NCBI GenBank assembly: GCA_046563655.1
Contig: CM102290.1
Coordinates: forward strand, 2,542,001-2,606,000
DNA: 64,000 bases
From: Yuukianura sp. NJ FZ-2021
Lineage: Eukaryota
Direction: 5' to 3'
This document shows, piece by piece, positions 41,625-51,647 of this stretch. The notes beneath the pieces are model-generated. The model saw only the letters and a program-made list of their open reading frames with translations. It searched no databases and was not told the DNA's origin. How positions within the stretch are numbered: the first letter of the stretch is position 1; each line of letters opens with the position of its first letter. Made by a program: the position numbers and the translations under genes.

Positions 41625-44600
41625 TACCCCTTCCTCGCTATTTTTGTAATTGCGACTTTTAAGGCACTGATTTCATTGTTTACAAAGTCATAAATCTATT
41701 TTGAATTCATTTGGATGGACGATGTAGGAAGGAAGACGAAGTATTCCGCCATTCTTGTTTCCGAACAATAGAAAAATCCAGGTTCCCTCTGAAATTAAGT
41801 AAACAAAGTAATAATTAAATCAAAGCCCCGTAACTGTAGCCCTTTGGTACTGCACCCGATCGATTCCAAAAACAACACTTAACAATTATTGACAGCAATG
41901 AATGAACGGTGATTAATTTGGCCTTAAGTGTTACCTCAAACTTCAGAGAGCCACAACACAGTCCAATTGTTTACCTTCTCAAAATTGTCATAAAACCAAT
42001 CAACCTCCTGTCACGTACACACTTTCTGCATGTCTTACATCAATTTATGCACATATTGATCAAACTCATGTTAGATTATCGACTACAGATGTAATCTTGG
42101 GATTTAAATCCAATAAAATACTTACGGAGGATGGATATCTTCTAAACCTTGGATATTTCCGAAAATTGATTTAGAACTGGACCGAAAAAACTGAATAAAT
42201 CTAGAAACTCCAGTGATTTGAGTACATTACCTTAATTACTGGGTGAACAGATGATGAATCAGCTTGCCCTCAGCCACAGAGGTATAGGCAGAGGTTTCAT
42301 TTTGAGTAAGTACGTAGACCACCACATTAAACCCAAAAACAGGAAAGAGGATGACGGCACTGAACATATGACATAAAGTTAGACAACAACATTGGAAACT
42401 TTTACACAAGTCAACAGTATTAGCAAATAATCGTGCTAATTACTCAAATTAATCTTATCCACTCAATGCTGAAGTATATAATCGGAATTTGATTTAATCA
42501 ATGACGTGTGTACTTTTTTAGAAATTGAGGCTGTGAGGCCACGCATACCGAGAGATCAAGTGGTTAAACGTGTTCTGGATCTTGAATAGTTTTTATTGTT
42601 AAAAATTAACAAAACAAACAGAAACTAGTTAGAGACCATTGATAAAAATATTAGCGCAAAAGAAACATCCATAATTTTCCTAAGTACAAAGATTTTCTGA
42701 AAGTACAAACGTGTAAATCTAATACAAAAATCCTAGATATGTTCACAAGTTCAAAATAATACATGAACTTTGGAATTAAACCAAAATCATTAGTCGACGT
42801 AGAAAGTTGATCGTATCAAATTTCACTAAAAGTATGCAGTTTAAATTATTAACATTCTGTTTAATCCTCTCGTTCTCGAAGATACGCTCGTCTTCAATGT
42901 GCTGTCCTTGTCCAAAGCCATTTTAAAAGGCTATCCATCCGCAAATCTGCGGGTATTCTTCGGATGTGTCAGCTACAGCTTACAGCTGCGAGCGTGACTG
43001 CATATAATCCTCCAGTCCAGTCCAGTGACGATTCGATTGCATTGCAACACATCGACCTAAAACAATAAAATATTAGTTACTATTTCCAAAAAGCTACTCT
43101 GTTTTAGTGGTTATGATTCATGTCATAAAAGTAAAAAGGAAAATTCAGATTGCTTCTTAAGCTTGTTAGTAGAATTTTAAAGACAAAACCTGTTTTAGAA
43201 TCGAGGAAATGAAATTTTTTCAGCAAGTTACTAAGTATACTACGGAAGAAGAAAAGGCAAGTCTTGCCTTTAGCAAATAAGGTCCCGTTGGTTTAGTTAT
43301 TGCTGTCTCCGGTGAGGCTAACTTGAGCCTTCGATGAATGATGACGACGGTTGACAACGACTGAACGATGCATGCTTGTATCCTTGGTTATCATCACATC
43401 AGCGTCAGATTCAATTCGGTCGAGTACTTCGTCTAGGCTGGAATGGACAAGAAAGTAATTAGAAGATTTGAAGTGGTGATGGCAGAAGTATTTGTGGCAG
43501 TATCCATAAGCAATTAGTAAAAGACTACTCTTATAGCCGACACCATCAATCCGTCCAACTTCCTTCGTCCTTCACCTTCTGACCTCTGTGTACCCCCGCC
43601 ATCAACTACTTCATCGTCTCTCCTTCCTTCCTCCGATCCACTTCCATCAATTGGACACAAAAACATACCTTTATCACACCTAATACAACTTCAATTAAAA
43701 GTAATCCTAGGCATATCATAACCAAAAATAACACTAAGGCTCATTCTCTAAAAAACAAAACATAAGAATCTCGTGTTCTTTAAACGGAAACAACAAATTA
43801 GAAATAGACCTTTTATTCTGACCAAACCTTGTAATAACCATTTGTATATTAACTTTTTACGAAGAAATAAGCTAACAAAGCAATACAACAACAAAATTTT
43901 TGCGCTCCTCGGCGTTATACATTAAACAAGCCTAATTCAAAGTGGAATTCTTATGTTGATTATTATAAGTTTTAAGTTTTATAACTTGGTGGTCAGTGGG
44001 AAGGAAGCCACACGCTCTAGTCTTCTTCACCCTCGACCTTTTGAGACAGAAAAATATTCAACCAATTGGCACACCTTCAAAATTTGTAACATTTCAAAAA
44101 CGCCTTTGCTCTCTCCCCGTTCCCATCAACATCAACTCAACTTCAACCGTCAACTCAACCTCTAAAATCAGCTCACCTTTGTTCCCTTGTATACGTTAAG
44201 TACTCTAGTAAGTAAATGTTTGGGGGTCAAAAAATACATTTCTGTGTCCTTTGAAAAAAGCTGATGGGCATACAAGGGTACACAGACCGAAAACAACTTA
44301 ATACAGCGCACCTAATCACTTAGCACCAAAAATGGTGGGAGTAATCCAACGCAAGTACAAAACAACTAGAACACGACGTTTAAAAACAATTAAGCACAAC
44401 ATGCTCAGCCTCTACTAATTACGCTTTATGAAAAAAATCGTGTGAAGCCCATATCAACTCAAGTACTAAACTGTTATATTGCAAAACTTTATGACGGATG
44501 GCTGAATATTGTGGTAAGGCGGATTTAATACTCTTGTATTCCAATGTAATCGAAATTAGTAAAACGTTGTGAGAAGTATTGGAATCGAGTATAAAATCCA

Positions 44601-44655
44601 CCCTTCGACCTGGGAGAAAGGCAACTTTAGATCGCTAGAAAAAACAAAACCTTAC

Positions 44656-45499
44656 CTCATGACCGCCGCCATCTCGGGGTTTAGTACATTCGCGAGCAAA
44701 GTGTCCAGGTTCACCTGTAAGAAGAAAAAGTTAGCTTACCTCCTAAACTAAACTAAACTACCTACTAAAACTTAGTAGCTCCCTCAACTTGACAATACAT
44801 GAATCCAGAATATAGAATTTGTTTGCATACCGCAGTTGAAGCAGCTTCCACCGCCACCACCTCCGCGTCCTCCACCGTTCGAACGTCCTTCAGGGCAATT
44901 CCGGGAGATATGTCCTGGTTTATGACAGTTGTAGCAGTTTTGGTCATCACTGCTTTCCTTGCAGTCTCGAGCAATGTGACCCGTCCCATTGCACTTGTAG
45001 CAGCGATCACCCTCTTTGCAATCCCGCCTAAATATTATTAATTTTGGAGTTTAATATCAGAATTAGAAAGTGATAAGATCGAGAGGATATACGTTTACGT
45101 ACTGTGTGTGTCCAGTTTTGCGGCATTTGTAGCATTGAATGCCACCGTCTCCACCTGAGGAAAGAAAATATTGCGATCAGATTATGAAGAATAGTTTTCG
45201 AGTTTCGAGAAGGATTTCGAGTAATTGTTACTGTTTCCTTACGGGAAGAGTTGTTGAAACTTCTTCCGCCGTATCCGCCACCACCACCACCACCTCCATA
45301 CCCTCCGCGACCTCCTCCACGACCGCCACCTCGGCCCATTCCTCCACCCGAGCCAGCTTCCGGAGCATTCGTGCACTCCTAAACAAAATCACCAGTAAAC
45401 TTGACGTAGAATTCGACAAAGAGAAACCATGCGCCAAACACTCACCCGTGCGAAGTGACCGGGCCTGTTACACCGGTAGCATACCAAAGATGAAGACAT
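44656..45499 (-). CDS. CNBP: CNBP-like CCHC zinc-knuckle/RGG nucleic-acid-binding protein (5 knuckles); terminal exon ambiguous
   Basis: Exons 45446-45499, 45243-45378, ~45103-45154, ~44831-45027, 44656-44714 give [21 protein letters not shown](RGG tract)[56 protein letters not shown]. Knuckle 1, RGG box, then further knuckles is the CNBP architecture. Probable 5'UTR exon near 45730-45900. Confidence 0.88.
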
Positions 45500-46662
45500 C
45501 TTTGAACACTTTGGTAAGAAACCTGAAAATTGAATTTGTAGATGTTATATCAGATGTTGAACTAACATTGGTTGTTGCGCATGTGCAATACAAAAAAAAA
45601 ATGCCGGCGTGTTTTCCACTTCTCGCGAGCTCTAACCCCCTTGTTCCCTGTTTCCTAAAAACGCGAACTTTTGCAGCATACGAATAACCTATGGCATATC
45701 ATTAAATTAGTTAATTTCGAGTCTCTTACCTTTACCAAAGACGATTAACGGAGAAGTAGAGATCCAACGCCTCTCAGGTCCACTGAATTCTACCACCAAC
45801 TCCGTCCACGACAAAACTTGGAAAGAAACCTCCACACGCCGACAACTCTAGACCCTCGTCTCAAAATGTCTTCTGAAACGCACACCTTCTTGTGTCTTGA
45901 GTTCGGCAGAACATGGGAAAGAACAGTCGCACTTCAGCAGTCATGATAGTTTCCGGTGCGGAAGTTCCTGTTCGGTAATTTTCCAAAACCGGTAGAACAA
46001 CTTGTACCGACTCCATGTACGGTAAAAATAAAAATTTAAACTACACCTAACCTAGAGCATCAACCAACCGCATGTTTGTCAATTCAAAATAAAGTTTATC
46101 ATCACTTCATCAGTAAAAAACCACAATGTCTTTCGTAAATGTGTCAATTTCGGCCGATCGCACGACAATGTCGTAACGAAGAGAGCGCGGTGATGATTAT
46201 GTATTGCGGTTTAGGAATAAAAACCGGTTGATAAAAAGACAACGCACGACTTGCACGTCTTTGCAAGAGATGGGGACTGGCCTTCGCTTTTACCGTCCCC
46301 GACTCCCTCATTGGTCTCCCGCCTTTACGCTCCCACTAAATACGTCTCGTCATACGTCTCATCATACCTCTCACATTTATTTCAAAGTATATGAACAACG
46401 TAAATATTAATGTTAATTTTATATAAGTATTATTTTTAATACAAGTTTTGCTTATACTGCTTAGTTAAACTTTTTTTTGCTATAGGTTTAGTATATACGT
46501 TAAAAAACGCTAGACTAGAGTTGGCATCAACAATGGCAATTTATCGTCCCATTCGTACATAGATGTAACACCCTACAAAAACAACATGTCCGTAGCTCCA
46601 GTAATATAAACGCTCGGGTGCCGCTTTGGACAACGGGTTCCCTTTTAATCGCTTTTATATCC

Positions 46663-46780
46663 TTTTAATTTTTTAATTTTTATTTTAATATATAAATTTT
46701 TTTTAAATAAAATAAAAAAAAATTAAAATTAAAAAAAATATAAAATTTTAAATAAAAAAATTTTTAAATTACTTTTAAAA
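46663..46780. repeat. Almost pure A/T low-complexity tract between the divergent CNBP and exonuclease genes
   Basis: About 118 bp of A/T with a single C. The left half is T-rich and the right half A-rich. Confidence 0.85.
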
Positions 46781-47222
46781 TCCCCATGCAACTTCCCAAG
46801 AATTTAAACTCTGTTCATGCTATTTCTGAGCTGGCGTGTATTCTTTCTTCTGTGAACCCCTTGTAGTGAACTTTCAGGGCCTCGCTCACCATTCTCAAAA
46901 GAAAGGTGTCAAAAAATATACACAGCCCAGATTTAGCGTGAACAGATTATAATACATATTATCAAAAACTACCGGTTTCCACTGGGACATTGCTATAAAC
47001 GACAAAGATACCGTGTAAGTGATATTTGTATGGCGAGACGTGTAAAATGGAAGGAACGAAGCGAAGCGTGGTTTTGTTGGGGTTGTTCCTCCCACCATCC
47101 AGCGTCTCCGTACCACAAATGCCACCTCATTTATTTGCGCTCCCTCCGATTCCTTGGAGCAACAATTTGGCAAACCACGTGTCATCTCGTCTCCCTCTCA
47201 TCGGTCTTGGTTTTGTGTCGTA

Positions 47223-47228
47223 TCAGTT
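47223..47228 (+). promoter_or_regulatory. Possible arthropod initiator (TCAGTT) for the exonuclease gene
   Basis: Matches Inr consensus TCAKTY ~280 nt upstream of the ATG at 47505. The motif is short and could be chance. Confidence 0.25.
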
Positions 47229-47504
47229 AGGAATTTGCGCAGAATTTGAAGAATTCAAGCAACAAAGACAGCTGATCAAATCTTCTAATTTGAATTTGTA
47301 AACGCGCGAGAATTTCAGAACCTAGTTAACCTACTAAACCTTTGACACATGGACAAGACACGACATTGCTCGTCCTCGTTTTCATCGTCATCTCATCTAT
47401 ATTTCAGTAAACGTCCTAAAGAACTGATTTATTTGTTTGGAAGTTAACTGATCTGTAAGCCATCGAACTAATCAAAGTACATACTAGTTCATGGTCATTA
47501 AAAG

Positions 47505-48653
47505 ATGAACAAATCTACCCCTTTGCTGTGTTACCGGTGTAACAAGCCTGGTCACTTCTCTCGGGTAAGCAGTATTCTTAAATATGAGTAGTTTTTGTAT
47601 TTGGTTGCATCTTGCTGTGTAAATAATAAAGACTGAATGATAAACTGTTTAGGAATGTACTGATGGACATCCCGGGAATGGAAGGAAGCGTGGAGAGTCC
47701 AAAAACAGTTCAACTGCTACGGATAAAAGTCAAGACCTCTCAACACCGATATCGACAAGGAATCACATACCAGGATTTCCTATTTATGACAACGCTGGGA
47801 AGCAGATTGGTGGCAAAGAGCTTAGTCCTGCTGAAAAGAAGTTGACTTGGTGCTTAGCAATGGATTGCGAAATGGTTGGAGTCGGACCTGTCAACGAAAG
47901 TGCACTAGCAAGAGTGTCGATTGTAAATGAAGCTGGCCACTGCGTATATAATAAATTCGTGAAACCGAAGGTTAAGGTGACAGATTACCGTACAGCTGTT
48001 AGTGGAATTCGCAAAGCCGACCTGGAGAATGGTTAGTAATTCATTGAGTGTTATATATTCTGATATCTCAAATTTTACAGAATATTTCTCACTGTTTAGC
48101 TGAGAAGTTTGATACAGTGGTGTGGCAAGTAGCGACAATTCTAAAGGACCGTGTTGTTGTTGGGCATTCACTGGAAAATGACTTCAAGGCGCTTTTACTA
48201 AATCACCCGAAGTTTAAAATACGAGATACTTCTATGTAAGTACAAGATTTCCCGCTGAACTTCAGTCGTCTACAATTCCAGAATTCTGTATAAAGTAATT
48301 TTATCTTATGGGGTAGGTTTTACAAAACATCACGCAAGCCAGCACTCAGAAGTTTAGCTCGGAAGTTTCTTAGCATAAGTATTCAAGATGGAGAGCATAA
48401 TTCGGTAAGGATACGTCAGATCATATCGTTTAAACATAACAATAACCTATTTAGGAACCACGTTACAATAAATAATTTGTCGTCAATATTTACTCAATAG
48501 ATTCTGGACGCCCAAGCCGCCATGAAATTGTATTTGATAAATCGTAAGACTTGGGAGGTACAACTCAAGACTTACAAATCTTCCCGAAGGAGAGGTGCCC
48601 TCAAACCTGGTCGCTGGAGCAGTGCTCTCGATAGTGTCAATCCTACAACATAA
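47505..48653 (+). CDS. REXO4: REXO4/ISG20L2-type DEDDh 3'-5' RNA exonuclease with N-terminal CNBP-like CCHC zinc knuckle
   Basis: Exons 47505-47564, 47653-48031, 48100-48235, 48317-48404, 48501-48653 join in frame: [24 protein letters not shown]...[25 protein letters not shown]...[13 protein letters not shown]...[27 protein letters not shown]...[34 protein letters not shown]. All D-E-D-H-D catalytic residues are present. Confidence 0.9.
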
Positions 48654-50532
48654 CGTAGTTCAGTTACTTTTAAGTCCTTCCTCGTTGACGCATCTCGTTG
48701 ACGGCTAGTTGTACAATTTTAAAACTGCAATTTACTTTTTACCTAAACCTTATCTTATTAAAATAGTTCCTTTGGTTTGTTTATGTAAATTGACAATTGC
48801 AGGTTGACATACGCTCCATTTCCCACGCCTGTTTACTACTACTTAGCAGTACCTTGATGGAGTTGACACTTGAGACTTTTCCTGGAATCAACAAGTATAA
48901 TTTAGAACGACTGGAGAGTGGAGACTTTTAGGAATCAGAGGATATTATCTTTCGTATACGACTTGCTCGTATCAAAAGTTTGAGAATCATTTCATGAAAA
49001 CTTTTTCTAGACAAAATATAACAGAAGGAAGCTGGGAGTTGTTTTTGAGTCTCTATTTCTTCCAATTCCAGCTTCCTTTCTTCATTTCCTGTGCAGTAGG
49101 AAATTCTGAAGAATTTCCAAACTTTCTTATTCAAAGGAAGGGAAAGGACGACTGCCATGAGGGAATAAGAAAAGACTTGGAGAAAGCAAAACTTTCTCAT
49201 TTTGAGCATGTTTCTTTCTCACACTCGTTTGAGTTGGACGTTTTTGTTTCGCATCAACGCTTTTTCTTTATTTTCAAAAAAAAAATCGTTTTCTGTTCCA
49301 ACTTAAGTATTTTTAAGAAAAACGTTTTTTTTCTCTCCTAGGTCAGCAAGCACTACCAGCCAGTTTCCTTTCAGGATTTGGTATTTCAGCACGACATTCC
49401 TGTTCTGAACGTTGATTTTTCCGCTGGCCCTGACTGATTCGATAGTGGATTCCTAGTTTTCTCCTAGAAAACTAAAAGATAGAAAACCCCGTTTTCTACA
49501 ACTAGGAACCTCACTGGCATCAAAAATTGTGATGTAGCAGACCTTGTGGAGGTTGGGTGGTTGGTTGGCAGTGGAGCAGTAGTGCCAACCAGGTTCAATC
49601 TACCCAGCAGCCTGCTTTCTTCCTCTGACACGGAGACTCCACAAAAGTTGTACAAGATACGTTGAACGGCGCACGTCACAGAGTTTCCTTCTTATGCTCC
49701 GTGGAATCCGGGAATAATGTAATGGGAAAGGGTTACGTTACTACTTTACAGCAGCCAAACCTGCCTCCTTTTTCTACACAATGCGCCAGCAGAACTTAGT
49801 ACTACTATACCAGCATCCTGAGCCAAGGCAGATTTGGACAATCTCGGAACCAACGGCACACGAAGAAAAAAAAACTCCGAAGAATACTCTGAAATTTCTC
49901 GTCTCCTTCACTTAGTTTTGAAAAGTCGAGCGTCCTAGTCGCAGCCAGCCTCTTTGGTCCTGACTTTTTTAGACTCTAGATCCCAAGGACTCTTAGGCAA
50001 TCAAGAGCCAAACCAAGAAGATTAGCAACCAAGTCGGATCGGATCTTTGAGCTACTAAAAAGTACAGATTTGAATTCTTCTCTTTTGCGACTGCCTAAAG
50101 GTCTCGTTTTTCTTTTCTTTTTCAAACTTTTAAACAAAAAAGGCTAGAAACGACTTTGTTTTTGGGTGAAAGAAGTTGACCAGTTGCTTTCTCCAACGGC
50201 GCTTTTGCACCGTGTTTCATGTACACAGGAGAAAGTGGAGAAATGGGACTGCATCAAAGAACGTGTGGTGAAGTAGTAAGTGGAGGTGAGTAACAATGGG
50301 CTGTGCAGAGGCGGATACTATTGTTGTCACCATTTCCGGACCAGTAGTGGGAATCACTCTGCTGGTCAATGGACTTTGACGAAGGGCTCTCCTTTCCCTG
50401 AGCCTGGAATTTCCTGGATCAGTAATGTGAAAAAGAAGTAGCGACGGTGGTCGTGGCGGCATAAGGCCGTCTTTGAACTGGTGCTTTGCAATTGGTTTGT
50501 GATATTGGAGCAACAACATTCCTCCGCAAGGA

Positions 50533-51647
50533 ATGGCCTCGGTGGCAGCTTGGTTGCCGTTTGCTCGAGCGGCAGCCATCGGGTGGGTCCCTATTGCCAC
50601 AAACCCACTTCCGCCTCCACCCGTAACCAAAGATCGAAGGAAGGCAGATGACGAGAAACTGCTTATCAATGTGTCAGGTCGAAAGTTTGAAACTTGGCGT
50701 AATACACTGGAAAAGTATCCAGACACGCTCCTTGGCTCAAGTGAGCGAGACTTCTTCTACGATGAAGACTGTCGCGAGTACTTTTTTGATCGTGACCCAG
50801 ACATCTTTCGTCATATCCTCAACTACTACCGTACTGGAAAGTTGCATTACCCCAAGCATGAGTGTCTCACGAGCTATGACGAGGAACTAGCCTTCTTTGG
50901 CATTTTACCCGACGTCATTGGGGACTGTTGCTACGAGGACTACAGGGATCGTAAACGTGAAAATGCTGAGAGATTGCTGGATGACAAGCTCTCAGAAAAT
51001 GGTGACCAGAACCTTCCACAGTTAACAAATATTCGGCAGAGAATGTGGCGGGCTTTTGAAAATCCACACACGTCAACGGCTGCCCTTGTCTTCTACTACG
51101 TTACAGGCTTCTTCATTGCTGTCTCTGTGATGGCCAACGTGGTAGAGACAGTTCCCTGTGGCCGCCTTCCCGGAAAAGGTGGAACCCTGTCTTGCGGTGA
51201 ACGCTACAAAACTGTCTTCTTGTGCATGGACACGGCCTGCGTCATGATCTTCACTGCCGAGTACCTTCTACGACTATTTGCAGCTCCAGATCGGTGTAAA
51301 TTTGTTCGGAGCGTCATGAGTATCATTGACGTCGTGGCAGTGCTCCCCTACTACATTGGACTTGGCATTACGGACAATGACGACGTCTCTGGAGCCTTTG
51401 TCACTCTCAGAGTATTCCGCGTTTTTCGAATTTTTAAATTTTCACGTCATTCCCAAGGTCTACGCATTTTGGGCTACACGCTCAAATCCTGTGCTTCAGA
51501 ACTGGGCTTTCTCGTTTTCTCCCTTGCCATGGCAATTATCATCTTTGCCACAGTCATGTTCTATGCCGAAAAAAATGTTGAAGAAACGAACTTCACTTCC
51601 ATTCCGGCAGCCTTTTGGTATACCATTGTCACCATGACCACTCTCGG
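50533..51647 (+). CDS. Shal: Voltage-gated K+ channel Shal/Kv4, first coding exon (N-terminus, T1, S1-S5, pore helix); partial, gene continues beyond window
   Basis: [23 protein letters not shown]1 domain with HX5CX20CC Zn site, S4 [20 protein letters not shown], and [12 protein letters not shown] ending at a GG|gtaagt donor, the conserved Kv4 intron inside the GYG filter. I did not find the YGDMVP exon before 64000. Confidence 0.98.

Noticed and set aside
42240..42310. TGT GGC TGA GGG (C-G-stop-G) on the minus strand, and VAEGKLIH, reminiscent of a selenoprotein
   Set aside because: The two motifs are in different frames, the CGU frame has other nearby stops, and I saw no SECIS-like element.
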